Source: Eledone cirrhosa
Taxonomy: Eukaryota
DNA length: 64,000 bases
Direction of reading: 5' to 3'
Assembly (NCBI GenBank): GCA_964016885.1
Contig: OZ024740.1
Location: forward strand, 17,732,001-17,796,000
Shown: one piece after another, positions 29,404 through 42,469 of the stretch
Layout of the letters: every line of letters begins with the position of its first letter
How positions within the stretch are numbered: the first letter of the stretch is position 1
Translations under genes and position numbers: made by a program
Notes under the pieces: model-generated
The model's database searches: none
Seen by the model: only the letters and a program-made list of their open reading frames with translations
Told to the model about the DNA's origin: nothing

Positions 29404-29633
29404 ATACGTATATATACATATATATATACATATATACATATATATATACATATATATATATACATATATATACATATATATACATATATGTATATATATA
29501 TATATACATATATATACATATATATACATATATGTATATATATATATATACATATATGTATATATATATATATACATATATATACATATATGTAAATATA
29601 TATACATACATATATGTATATATATATATATAC

Positions 29634-29666
<33 letters not shown>

Positions 29667-29733
29667 CATATATACATATATATACATATATGTATATATA
29701 TATACATATATATATACATATATATATATATAC

Positions 29734-29806
<73 letters not shown>

Positions 29807-29944
29807 CATAGATATACACATAGATATACAGATATACATATACATATATAGATACATAGATATACATATATATATACATAGATATACATATACATATATA
29901 TATACATATATATATATACATACATATATATATATATACATACA

Positions 29945-30010
<66 letters not shown>

Positions 30011-30724
30011 TCATCATCATCCTCATCATCATCATCAACGTTTAACGTCCGTGTTCCACGCTTGCATGGGTTTGGACGGGGGTAGTCCCACTTGAGGCAA
30101 GAGTGATTGTCTTGCTCGCATAGGACTGTCTGGCAGGTTTTCTACAGTTGGATGCCCTTCCTAACACCAACCACATTTACAGTGTGGGTCTGGGAGGTTC
30201 TTACCGTGTTGCCTACACGGCCACATTACAGCGTGGACTGTGTGTTTTTTTGTCGTGACACCTACACGATCTCATTTGTTTCGGCCTCGATGGCGCGGCA
30301 CCAACATAACTTTACATAGAACGGGGTGGTGTGGATGGGGTGGGGGTGGTGGGACGGGGTGTATTTTGTTAGAGATGCCTACTGGCTGGAGTAGGTTTTA
30401 CTATATATTTAGGTAAGGCAGGTCTTCTCTGTTACTGAGTACCACCAAAGGTCTCAGTCCATTGACATTGTCTTGGAGAGGTGTAAGTGTGTGATGTCGG
30501 AGTTTATCAGCTCGTCCCAGGTTTTTCTAGGTCTGCCTATTCCGTGGCTACCGTCTATCTTTATTGCCCTGCACTTTGTTATACAGCTATCGACTTTCAT
30601 GCGCATCATGTGTCCATACCAACGTAGCCTTCTCTCGAGTAAACAACATCTGATCCCTCTTATCTCTAATTTTTTCCTTAGTTCGTTTATGCTTTGCCGT
30701 TCACGTATATTACTGTTACACATC
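30011..30724 (-). mobile_element. RTE family A copy 5 (3' fragment)
   Basis: [11 protein letters not shown]...GRPRKTW plus 3' UTR and tail. Confidence 0.95.
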
Positions 30725-30863
30725 ATATACATATATATATATATATACATATATATACATATATATATATACAAATATATACATATATATACATATATAT
30801 ACATATATATACATATATATACATATATATACATATATATATATATATATACATATATATACA

Positions 30864-30915
<52 letters not shown>

Positions 30916-30991
30916 TATACATATATATATATATATGCATATATATACATATATATATATATATGCATATATATACATATATATACATATA

Positions 30992-31240
30992 TGTAGGTGT
31001 CACGAGAAAAAAAACACACAGTCCACGCTGTAAATATGGCCGTGTAGGCAACACGGTAAGAACCTCCCAGACCCACACTGTAAATGTGGTTGGTGTTAGG
31101 AAGGGCATCCAACTGTAGAAAACCTGCCAGACAGTCCTATGCGAGCAAGACAACCACTCTTGCCTCAAGTGGGAAAACCCCCGTCCAAACCCACGCAAGC
31201 GTGGAACACGGACGCTAAACCTGATGATGATGATGATGAT
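30992..31240 (+). mobile_element. RTE family A copy 6 (3' UTR only)
   Basis: Matches distal 3' UTR, (GAT)n tail. Confidence 0.93.
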
Positions 31241-31252
31241 ATATATATATAC

Positions 31253-31321
<69 letters not shown>

Positions 31322-31378
31322 CATATATATATATACATATATATATATACATATATATATATACATATATATATATAC

Positions 31379-31457
<79 letters not shown>

Positions 31458-31470
31458 CATATATATATAC

Positions 31471-31533
<63 letters not shown>

Positions 31534-31546
31534 CATATATATATAC

Positions 31547-31625
<79 letters not shown>

Positions 31626-31760
31626 CATACATATATATATACATACATATATATATACATATATATACATATATATATACATACATATATATACATATAT
31701 ACATATATATATACATATATATACATATATACATATATATACATATATACATATATATAT

Positions 31761-31809
<49 letters not shown>

Positions 31810-32065
31810 CATATATATATATACATATATATATATACATATATACATATATATATACATATATACATATATATATATACATATACATATATACATATAT
31901 ACATATATATATACATATATATATATACATATATATATATACATATATATATATACATATATATATATACATATACATATATGTATATATATATGTATAT
32001 ATATATGTATATATATATGTATATATAGATGTATATATATGTATATATATATGTATATATATATG

Positions 32066-32115
<50 letters not shown>

Positions 32116-32119
32116 CATA

Positions 32120-32162
<43 letters not shown>

Positions 32163-32343
32163 GTATATATATATGTATATTTATATACATATATATATAT
32201 GTATATATATATACATATATATATATGTATATATATATACATATATATACATATATATATACATATATATGTATATATATATGTATATATATATATGTAT
32301 ATATATGTATATATATATATTTATGTATATGTATATATATATG

Positions 32344-32378
<35 letters not shown>

Positions 32379-32950
32379 ACATATATATACATATATATAT
32401 ACATATGTATATATATATGTATATATATACATGTATATATATGTATATATATATATATATGTATATGTATATATATATACATGTATATATATGTATATAT
32501 ATATATATATGTATATGTATATATATATGTATATATATATACATATATATACATATATATATATATGTATATGTATATATATATGTATACATACATATAT
32601 ATACATATATATATACATACATATATATACATATATATATACATATATATGTATATATATATGTATATATATATACATATATATATACATATATATACAT
32701 ATATATACATATATATATACATATATATACATATATATATATATATATACATATATATATACATATATATATACATATACACTTATATATATATATACAT
32801 ATATATATACACATATATATATATATATACATATATATATACATAATATTATGCTAATATTATGCAGATTATGCTAATTTTCAAGACAATACACTATTTC
32901 TTTAAATTCAAGTCACTTGCTAATTTAGGTATCTAATTCTTAAAGATAAT

Positions 32951-35139
32951 ACTTGCCATCACCGACGCTGATAAGAAGGTAGCTTGGAAGTGTAACTACG
33001 AAAGGCTTCTAAATGAGAATAAATGGGAGAAAGACAGTCTCCCCCACATCGACCCAATAGAGGGACCAGCAGTGTTAGTCGAAGGTAGTATAATAAGTAA
33101 GGCAATCAAAGATATGAAGATGGGTAAGGCGGCTGGGCCTTCGGAAATAGTTGCTGAAATGCTGAAAGCTTCTGGAACGGTGGGACACACCATGGTCACC
33201 CGGATAGTAAACGAAGTCATACAGAATAGGTTTGTTCCGAAAGACTGGCGTACCAGCATCATCATTAACTGCTACAAGGGGAAACGAGATGCCCTAGATA
33301 GGTGTAACTATAGAGGCATTAAATTAATCGACCAGGTCATGAAGGTCACGGAAAAAGTAATAGCGCAACTAATCAGAGAGGGAATTGATCTAGATGAAAA
33401 GCAGTTCGAGTTTGTGTCAGGTAAAAGTACAACAGACGCTCTTTTCATTGTACGACAACTACAGGAGAAGTACCTAGCTAAAAGTAAACCCCTATACTTA
33501 GCTTTTGTCGACTTGGAGAAAGCCTTCGACAGAGTCCCCCGTTCCATTACCTGGTGGGCTCTTAGAAAACTAGGTGTTGATGAATGGCTTGTGAGAGCTA
33601 TACAAGCCATGTATAAAGAAACAGTCAGGTTAGAATTAACAACAAGGTTAGAATTAACAACGAATATAGTGAAGAGTTTAGCATAAAAGTTGGTGTTCAT
33701 CAGGGCTCCGTTTTTAGCCCCCTACTATTTATTATTGCCTTTCAGGCTATAACAGTGGAGTTCAAGACCGGCTGCCCATGGGAACTCCTATACGCAGATG
33801 ATCTAACGCTCATAGCTGAATCAATGGCCGAACTAGAGAAGAAATTCCACACATAGGAACATGGCCTAGAATCAAAAGGCCTCAAAATTAACCTGTCTAA
33901 GACTAAAGTTCTAGTTTGTAGGAAGGAAAATAGGGCACCGGTCCCATCCGGGAAATGGCCATGCTCAGTGTGTAGGAAAGGAGTAGGTAGAAACTCCATT
34001 TTATGTCCCAAATGCAAAGTATGGGTGCATAAAAGATGTAGTGGGATCACAGGTAAGCTAACTAAGAACATAGATTTTATATGTGGCCGGTGCTCTGGTG
34101 CAATAAGTAGCAGCAAGTGCCCACAAAATACTAGCTCTTTCAACTGCGCAGAGGGTTCTATAGAAATAGTGGACAGTTTCCGATACCTGGGTGACAAAAT
34201 CAGCAGTGGGGCCGGGTGCTCTGAAAGTACAGTAGCTAGAGTCAGAACTGGATGGAAAAAGTTCAGAGAGCTTATACCACTATTAGCCGCTAAAGGGTTC
34301 TCCATTAAAATGAAAGGCAGGCTGTATGATGCCTGCATACGAACAGCAATGTTGCATGGCAGTGAGACCTGGGCATTGTGTGCAGAGGATATACGCAGAC
34401 TAGAGAGGAACGAAGCTTGCATGCTCCGCTGGATGTGCAATAGTAATATACGTGAACGGCAAAGCATAAACGAACTAAGGAAAAATTTAGAAATAAGAGG
34501 GATCAGATGTTGTTTACTCGAGAGAAGGCTACGTTGGTATGGTCACGTGATGCGCATGAAAGACGATAGCTGTATAACAAAGTGCAGGGCAATAAAGAAA
34601 GACGGTAGCCACGGAGTAGGCAGACCCAGAAAAACCTGGGACGAGCTGATAAATTCCGACCTCACACACTTACACCTCTCCAAGATAATGTCACTGGACC
34701 GAGACCTTTGGCGCTACACAGTTATAGAGAAGACCCGCCTTACCTAAGTACAAAGTGAAACCTACTACAGTCAGTAGGCACCTCTAACAAAATACACCCC
34801 CGTCCCACTACCCCCACCCCATCCCATCCACACGGCCCCTTTCAATGTAAAGTTATGTTGGTACCACAACATCCAGGCCGAAACAAATGAGATCGTGTAG
34901 GTGTCACGACAAAAAACACACAGTCCACGCTGTAATGTGGCCGTGTAGGCAACACGGTAAAAACCTCTCAGTCCACACTGTAAATGTGGTTGGTGTTAGG
35001 AAGGCCATCCAACCGTAGAAAACCTGCCAGACAGTCCTATGCGAGCAAGACAACCACTCTTGCCTCAAGTGGGAAAACTCCCGTCCAAACCCATGCGAGC
35101 GTGGAATATGGACGTTAAACGATGATGATGATGATGATA
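32951..35139 (+). mobile_element. RTE family A copy 7, degenerate (small duplication/frameshift near 33630-33660, in-frame TAG near 33854)
   Basis: ORFs 33072-33686 and 33968-34747 colinear with copy 3. Confidence 0.96.
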
Positions 35140-35292
35140 TATATATATATAAAAATATATATATAACGAAGGAAGTGTGGCAAGGAACCGGGTGGACCAT
35201 AACGCACCAGAGTACTCGATACTATGGGTAGTAGAGTGGGTAATAGGAAAAGAGTCAGGACCCCGACGGCGGCTGGGTCCTGACTATTTTCC

Positions 35293-35326
<34 letters not shown>

Positions 35327-35342
35327 ATATCAAAGATATATG

Positions 35343-36244
35343 ATAGTGAAGAGTTTAGCGTAAAAGTCGGCGTCCATCAGGGCTCTGTTCTCAGTCCCCT
35401 ACTATTTATTATTGCCCTTCAGGCTATAACAGAGGAGTTCAAGACCGGCTGCCCATGGGAACTCCTATACGCAGATGACCTAACACTCATAGCTGAATCA
35501 ATGGCCGAGCTAGAGAAGAAATTCCAAACATGGAAGCACGGCCTAGAATCAAAAGGCCTTAAAATTAACCTGGCTAGGACTAAAGTTCTAGTTTGTAAGA
35601 AAGAAAATAGGGCGGCGGTCCCTTCCGGGAAGTGGCCATGCTCAGTGTGTAGGAAAGGCGTAGGTAGAAACTCCATTTTGTGTCCCTAATGCAAAGTATG
35701 GGTGCATAAAAGATGTAGTGGGATCACAGGTAAGCTAACTAAGAACATAGATTTTACATGTGGCCGGTGCTCTGGTGCAATAAGTAGCAGCAAGTGCCCA
35801 CAAAATACTAGCTCTTTCAACTGCGCAGAGGGTTCTATAGAAATAGTGGACAGCTTTCGTTACCTGGGTGACAAAATCAGCAGTGGGGGAGGGTACTCTG
35901 AAAGTACAGTAGTTAGAAAACCCGCCACACAGTCCACGCTGTAATGTGGCCGTGTAGGCAACACGGTAAAAACCTCCCAGCCCCACACTGTAAATGTGGT
36001 TGGTGTTAGGAAGGGCATCCAGCTGTAGAAAACCCGCCACACAGTCCACGCTGTAATGTGGCCGTGTAGGCAACACGGTAAAAACCCCCCAGCCCCACAC
36101 TGTAAACGTGGATGGTGTTAGGAAGGGCATCCAGCTGTAGAAAACCCGCCAGACAGTCCTATGCGAGCAAGACAATCACTCTTGCCTCAAGTGGGACTAC
36201 CCCCGTCCAAACCCATGCAAGCGTGGAACACGGACGTTAAACGT

Positions 36245-36272
<28 letters not shown>
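35343..36272 (+). mobile_element. RTE family A copy 8, internally deleted, with 112-bp 3' UTR repeats
   Basis: GVHQG..YADD..PHD-like region, then jumps at ~35915 into the 3' UTR. Confidence 0.93.
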
Positions 36273-36277
<5 letters not shown>

Positions 36278-36446
36278 GTCCCATTGGATATTGTATTAAA
36301 TTATCAACTAAATAAATTAGAACTGACCTACAGGAAATGTATCTATATAACTACATATCTCTCTATATATAACTATATATATCTATATACATATCATTAC
36401 ATATATCTACATATATATCCATATACATATATATATCTATATATAT

Positions 36447-36789
36447 GGAGGCACATGGCTTAGTGGTAAGAGTATTGGCCTTGCAATCAATAGGTTGTGA
36501 GTTCAATTCTCAGACCGGGTGATGTGTTGTTTCCTTGAGCAAGACACTTTATTTCACATTGCTCCAGTTTACTCAGCTGTAGAAATGAGATGATAGGGAC
36601 TGGGGCCCCTATCATTCCACTGCAAAGTGGACGTGTAGGCGCCATGGCAAAAAAGCACCCAGCACTCACTGTAAATGAGGTTGGTGTTAGGAAGGGCATC
36701 CAGCTGTAGAAAGCAAGCCAGAATCAGTTCCCGTCCCACCCTTGCAAGCAGGGAAAAGCGGACGTAAAATGAAATGATGAAATGATGAT
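36447..36789 (+). mobile_element. Full-length tRNA-head SINE (CORE-like centre, RTE-type tail)
   Basis: A box TGGCTTAGTGG, B box GTTCAATTC, CCTTGAGCAAGACACTT core, tail GGTTGGTGTTAGGAAGGGCATCCAGCTGTAGAAA shared with the LINE 3' UTR. Confidence 0.92.
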
Positions 36790-37077
36790 ATATATATCTA
36801 CATATATATATATACATACATATATACATATATATATCTGCATATATATATATACATACATATATATATACATGTATATCTATATATATATATATATCTA
36901 CATCATCATCATCATCATTTTACGTCTGCTTTTCCCTGCTTGCAATATATATCTACATATATATCTATATATAACTACATATACATATATATATATATGT
37001 ATCTACATAAATATATATATAGTAATAATTATGAAGACCAAACTAAGGATTATATATATATATATATTCATTCATTC

Positions 37078-37362
37078 ATTCATTTAATTTTACGTCCACT
37101 TTTTCCCTGCTTGCAAGGGTGGGACGGGAACTGATTCTGGCTTGATATCTACAGCTGGATGCCCTTCCTAACACCAACCTCATTTACAGTGAGTGCTGGG
37201 TGCTTTTTTGCCGTGGCATCTCCACGACCACTTTGCAGTGGAATGATAGGGACCCCAGTCCCTATCATCTCATTTCTACAGCTGAGTAAACTGGAGCAAT
37301 GTGAAATAAAGTGTCTTGCTCAAGGAAACAACACATCACCTGGTCGTTTCCTTGAGCAAGAC
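37078..37362 (-). mobile_element. 5'-truncated copy of the same SINE with a short inverted 5' piece
   Basis: Matches 29060-29330; GTTTCCTTGAGCAAGAC inverted at 37346-37362. Confidence 0.88.
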
Positions 37363-37501
37363 ATATATATATATATAAAAGTATATATTAACCCGTAGAG
37401 GAAATATTTATCATTAGTACAGATTAAAGTTTAAGCAAAGAATTTCTGCTTACACCCTATTACGGGATCTTGATAATATGATATATATATATATATATAT
37501 A

Positions 37502-37690
37502 TATAAGCCAATATGAGTATAAGCCAACACCACTATTTTATGTCTGAGAAATGGGCGAAAATCTAAACCTTATTTACATAGAATTTGAAGTGTGTGAAAT
37601 TCATCAAATATAAGTTGAGCTCCCACCCACCTCTACCAACGAATTTTTGGTTACATATTCCTTGGCTTATATTCGAGTATACACAGTATA
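37502..37690. mobile_element. Tc1/mariner (Tc2/pogo-like) MITE remnant
   Basis: GAGTATAAGCC ... GGCTTATATTCGAGTATACACAGTA terminal motif. Confidence 0.55.
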
Positions 37691-37935
37691 TATACATACT
37701 AGTATATAAGTCGCATCTTTATAATAGTTTAGCCTTTGACCAATATGTAAAAGGTTCAGTAGAAATGATGGATGTGGGTTTTTGTGTCCCTCCAGCCCCC
37801 CTTTTTTTTAAAAGTAAAAAATGCTGTAACTTATGAGTATATTTGGTATATTTTATATTTAGTAGCAAAACTTTAATTTTGGGTTTATACATTCTAACAG
37901 AATCTGACATTGAAAAGTTCCTGTTACATTTTATA

Positions 37936-38290
37936 TAACACTAGCAGATTTACCCGGCGTTGCTCGGGGTTTGAAATTATGCTAAGAATATACAGCAGTC
38001 TCTTTATAAGGATTGTCAATAAAGTTGATTATCTCCCCTTTTTTATAAGGATTGTCAATAAAGTTGGTTATCTCCCTTACATCAATTTTGCTACCGATAA
38101 TTTTGATATCGATTTTTTATTGCTCAACGTGGGTTAATTGGAAAAATGTTTGTGATGTGACCATCTTAGCGACCTGTGCAACGTGCACAGAAAATTTGGT
38201 GAAATTCAGTTAGTAATTGTAAAAGCCTTAAGTATGCAAAGTTGTACACAGACACACACACATCCTCGCTTTTACATATATAAAGATAAA
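37936..38290 (+). mobile_element. Non-autonomous Helitron-like element
   Basis: ACTAGC..TACCCGGCGTTGCTCGGG head hairpin; ACAGACAC..CTTTTA.ATATATA.AGAT end. Confidence 0.55.
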
Positions 38291-38323
38291 GATTTATCTG
38301 GCAACTGTGTTCACATGTCATAC

Positions 38324-38371
38324 CTGGTTAGGTGAGATAAGGTTAGGTCCCGGTTGGTAGATCTCATAGAC
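38324..38371 (-). other. Candidate 48-nt frame-preserving exon (VYEIYQPGPNLISPNQ in phase 0)
   Basis: catctctctttag acceptor after a long pyrimidine tract; CAG|gtatga donor. Confidence 0.45.
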
Positions 38372-38589
38372 CTAAAGAGAGATGTCGGGTGGGAGAGAGA
38401 GAGGAAGGAAGAAGAAAAAGATAAACAACAAAAAATATAAAGAAAAAATCCAACTGAGATAAAAAAAAATGTAATTAAAACAAAACAAGGAAACAGAAAA
38501 AAAGTAAAGTATGAGAAAAAAGAAAAAATATATAAAAAAGGAAAATAGAGATTGATGGAGGTAAATGGTGTTAAATATATAATGAAAGG

Positions 38590-39480
38590 TGAGAGATGGG
38601 AGGCGATGAGGTGATGAGGTGATGGGAGGTGGTGAGAGAAGATGGGAGGAGGTGAGAGAAGATGGGAGGTGGTGAGAGAAGATGGGAGGTGGTGAGAGAA
38701 GATGAGAGATGGGAGGTGATGAGAGATGGGAGGTGATGAGAGAAGATGGGAGGAGATGAGAGAAGATGAGAGGTGAGGGAAGATGAGAGGTGAGGGAAGA
38801 TGAGAGGTGAGGGAAGATGAGGTGAGGGAAGATGGGAGGTGAGGGAAGATGGGAGGTGAGGGAAGATGAGAGGTGAAGGAAGATGAGAGGTGGGGGAAGA
38901 TGGGAGGTGAGGGAAGATGGGAGGTGAGAGAAGATGGGAGGTGAGAGAAGATGGGAGGTGAGGGAAGATGAGAGGTGAGGGAAGATGAGAGGTGAGGGAA
39001 GATGAGAGGTGAGGGAAGATGGGAGGTGAGGGAAGATGGGAGGTGAGGGAAGATGAGAGGTGAGGGAAGATGAGAGGTGAGGGAAGATGAGAGGTGGGGG
39101 AAGATGGGAGGTGGGGGAAGATGGGAGGTGGGGGAAGATGGGAGGTGAGGGAAGATGGGAGGTGAGGGAAGATGGGAGGTGAGGGAAGATGGGAGGTGAG
39201 GGAAGATGAGAGGTGAGGGAAGATGAGAGGTGAGGGAAGATGAGGTGAGGGAAGATAGGAGAAGATGGGAGGAGATGAGAGAAGATGGGAGAAGATAGGA
39301 GGTGACGAGAGATGGGAGAAGATGGGAGGTGACAAGAGATGGGAAGTGACGAGAGATGGGAGGTGATGAGAGAAGATGGGAGGTGATGAGAGAAGATGGG
39401 AGGTGATGAGAGAAGATGGGAGGTGATGAGAGAAGATGAGAGGAGATGGGAGAAGATGGGAGGAGATGGGATGAGATAAT
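38590..39480. repeat. Purine-rich ~17-bp minisatellite (GAGGGAAGATGRGAGGT)
   Basis: Direct reading. Confidence 0.93.
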
Positions 39481-39849
39481 GGTGGGAAATGAGAGGTGAG
39501 AAATGATGGGAGGAGAAATATAAATACAGAAGAATGGTGATGAAAAATGAAAAAGACAAAAAAGCCGAACAAAGGTGAGAAATGAGAGGAGATATAAATG
39601 AAATGACATTAAATGAAAACTAATAAGATAAAATAAGATAAAATAAGATAAAATAAGAAAAAAGATTGACAAAATTGTTTTTTTAATACTTTGTAAGATA
39701 AAAATAAAAGATGTAAAATAACAGCAAAAAACAAATAAAAATAAAGTAAAAGTTTAATAAAAAGAAATAAATATAAACAAAACAAACAATAAATACTAAA
39801 CTTTAAAAATGTTTGAAAGAGGAGGGGGTTATTGAGGTCAAAAGTTAAG

Positions 39850-40095
39850 ATATGGAGAGATTAGTGACACAGTGAAGGTCATAATTTACCAACCACAAAG
39901 GTCAAGATATGGAGAAGTCAGTAAAACAGTGAAGGTCATAGATTACTGACCACAAAGATCAAGATATGGTGGAGAGGTCAGTAAAATAGTGAAGGTCATA
40001 GTTGACTGACCACAAAGGTCAGTAAAATAGTACTATATCTACTATAGTGAAACTGGTATTGTGGTAAAAGTATTAGTTTACTGACCACAAAGATC
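39850..40095. repeat. Degenerate ~55-60 bp tandem repeat (AGTGAAGGTCATA...ACCACAAAGGTCAAGATATGG)
   Basis: Three to four diverged copies. Confidence 0.7.
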
Positions 40096-40134
40096 TAGGT
40101 AGGAGGTAGAGATGAGTTTGTGCCTAATTGTGCT

Positions 40135-40398
40135 GTGGATTGGCAGTATCGGTAGAGGGTCGGACACCATGCTAGGGTGGTGGATTGGCAGTATCGGTAG
40201 AGGGCCGGACACCATGCTAGGGTGGTGGATTGGCAGTATCGGTAGAGGGCCGGACACCATGCTAGGGTGGTGGATTGGCAGTATCGGTAGAGGGCCGGAC
40301 ACCATGCTAGGGTGGTGGATTGGCAGTATCGGTAGAGGGTCGGACACCATGCTAGGGTGGTGGATTGGCAGTATCGGTAGAGGGTCGGACACCATGCT
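40135..40398 (+). repeat. 45-bp minisatellite x6, derived from a SINE 5' end
   Basis: GTGGATTGGCAGTATCGGTAGAGGGYCGGACACCATGCTAGGGTG; last unit runs into a SINE body. Confidence 0.93.
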
Positions 40399-40550
40399 TT
40401 GATGCATAGAGTTACGTCACTTTGCAGTCTCAGTTCTAATCCCGCTGAGGTTAACTTTGCCTTTCATCCTTACGGGGGTCGATAAAATAAAGTACCAGTA
40501 ATGCACTGGGATAATTGCTGGCCTTGTGCCAAAAGTAGAAACAATTAAGA
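40360..40550 (+). mobile_element. tRNA-head SINE (second family)
   Basis: TGGCAGTATCGG A-box-like, GTTCTAATCCC B-box-like, CTTTGCCTTTCATCCTT..GGGGTCGATAAA..AAGTACCAGT body. Confidence 0.7.
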
Positions 40551-40636
40551 CCGGTCTTGTGTCATGAAGAGAGATTCAAGGCAGGAAATGACAAGTGCCA
40601 GGATAATCTTATTTTACCTTGTGCCTTGATCTAATA

Positions 40637-41239
40637 CAGTGTTTCTCAACCTTTTTACCCTTGAGGAATCCTTGAAATAGTTTTCATGTCTCAGGGAACC
40701 CCTGCTTAAAATTATTATATACCATTATTAATATCCCTCTTTTAGAAGTTAAGGTCTTTATTATAATAACCAAGGATTTTCCAACAATATTCCGTACATA
40801 TGTACAGGGCCGGATTTAATGGGGGCAATTGTCCTGGGTCCCCTACAGTGGGGCTCCCACCAGCGACGGCCGTAGCAATTTATTTGTGCCCTCAGCTGGG
40901 CTTTTTAGCTTTAGGATGGTTAGAATTTTTGAATTTAATACCTGTATATATAACTTTTCAATTCCACTTGCACCAAACGAACTTTGATATGTAAAAATTG
41001 GTGGTGGAGTGGGGGGAGTTGCTGTGTATTCTAATTTTTTGTGTATGAGGAGCCCCCCTCCCCAACCTGAAGTGCCCCGGGCCCACCAACGTCTAAATCT
41101 AATCCTGCATGTAGAGTAAAATTAGGAATATAAAATCAAACAAAAGTGCATTAGCTTATTTATCAGTGTTCCTCATGGAACCCCTGGCAACCTCTTGTGG
41201 AATCGTAGGGTTCCGGGGAACATTGGTTGAGAAATGGTA
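40637..41239. mobile_element. hAT (Charlie-like) MITE with a nested second hAT-like MITE at 40805-41107
   Basis: CAGTGTTTCTCAACC / GGTTGAGAAA termini; inner CAGGGCCGGATTTA / TAAATCTAATCCTG termini; the inner end also occurs inverted near 4590-4655. Confidence 0.7.
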
Positions 41240-41598
41240 GTGTAATACATACATCTCATCTGTAGATTGAGCCCTGCATGACATATTGTCTGATGCTCTA
41301 CCAATTCTGCCAATCTAACTCCCTAAAATACTACAGCATTTATAATTGGTACAGCTGATGTGATACAACTATTTCTATAAAGACGCATAAATATAAAGAT
41401 AGACATAGATATATTCCATGAAATAGCAATACTGGGCTCTATTAATGTTGCTAAGACATTATCTCAGCTAAGAAATGTGGTCAGCTGAAAAGTTCATAGG
41501 TTGACTATGAAGGAGCTGTGAAATCTTACATGTATCAATTTCAAATCTTTTTCTTAATAACTAGATTGTTCCTTCCCAGGGACTCTGTTGAAAGGATA

Positions 41599-41884
41599 AT
41601 AACCCTTTTGATAGCAATCAACATGAAATTACCTCTTGTTCTATCACACAGCACTACTTAGTTTAACCATTTACATTACTCTATATATACTGCTGTATTT
41701 TTGTGGTAAAGGCTTTATCTTACATAATTATCTCACATAATATTGAATCTATGAGATTGTGAGGTTATTTATTTTGAGAACAATACCTTAATGTAGGTAT
41801 GAGCAGCCAGTTACAGCCAGTTTGAACAGAAAGAGATGAGAGAATTCTGGCCGGATATGGCCGGTTTAAATGCTAAAGGGTTAA
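41599..41884. mobile_element. piggyBac-like MITE
   Basis: TAACCCTTT ... AAAGGGTTAA termini. Confidence 0.55.
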
Positions 41885-41974
41885 GGGGTTTATATTTAAA
41901 ATATTTCCATTATAATTTAATACTATGTAAGAACCCCTTTTACTTTAAGTTCCAAACATTAGCTTAATAATGAG

Positions 41975-42249
41975 AATTGTCCGGCCGCTTTCTCTTCGCA
42001 ATGGTCACCATCGAGCTCCGCAAGATCGGAATGTCAGCAGCCCATCTAAGGAAAGAGCTCCGTGAGGTGGGGTGGCTGTTGCAACGGGTGTTACAGCCCT
42101 AGACCCAGAGCCCATCACCTTCTCCCCTTCTCTCTGTGGTGTTACAGTCCTTGCTCCTCCTCCTTTTCCTCTCATTTATGTCTTTTATAGTCCTTTCCTC
42201 TACTTTCCTATACAACCAGATCTGCCCTTCTTTACCCCTTCCCCATTTG
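41975..42249. mobile_element. 275-bp GC-richer insertion flanked by a 10-bp target-site duplication
   Basis: TAATAATGAG at 41965-41974 and 42250-42259. Confidence 0.65.
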
Positions 42250-42469
42250 TAATAATGAGTTAGTTATATTACTAAATCCCTCCAAATTTTTGATTATTAA
42301 AAAAAATATGAAAATTTTAATGCAGTGATTTTTGTGACAAATATTGCAATGGAAGGGTAAATAGGAACAAGGTTTAGGTCTGATAAACACCAGAAACTGG
42401 TCGCAACATCAATACAACAACAATAATGGTGGCAGTGTGAATGTTTTCTTCTATTTCTTCACCTAAAAG

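Noticed and set aside
36447-36525. tRNA genes at SINE heads (also 6696, 29330, 40360)
   Set aside because: A/B boxes present but no complete cloverleaf, and they continue into SINE bodies
38311-39672. Ser/Pro/His/Leu-rich ORFs of 333-453 aa
   Set aside because: 17-bp pyrimidine-strand repeat cycling through all three frames
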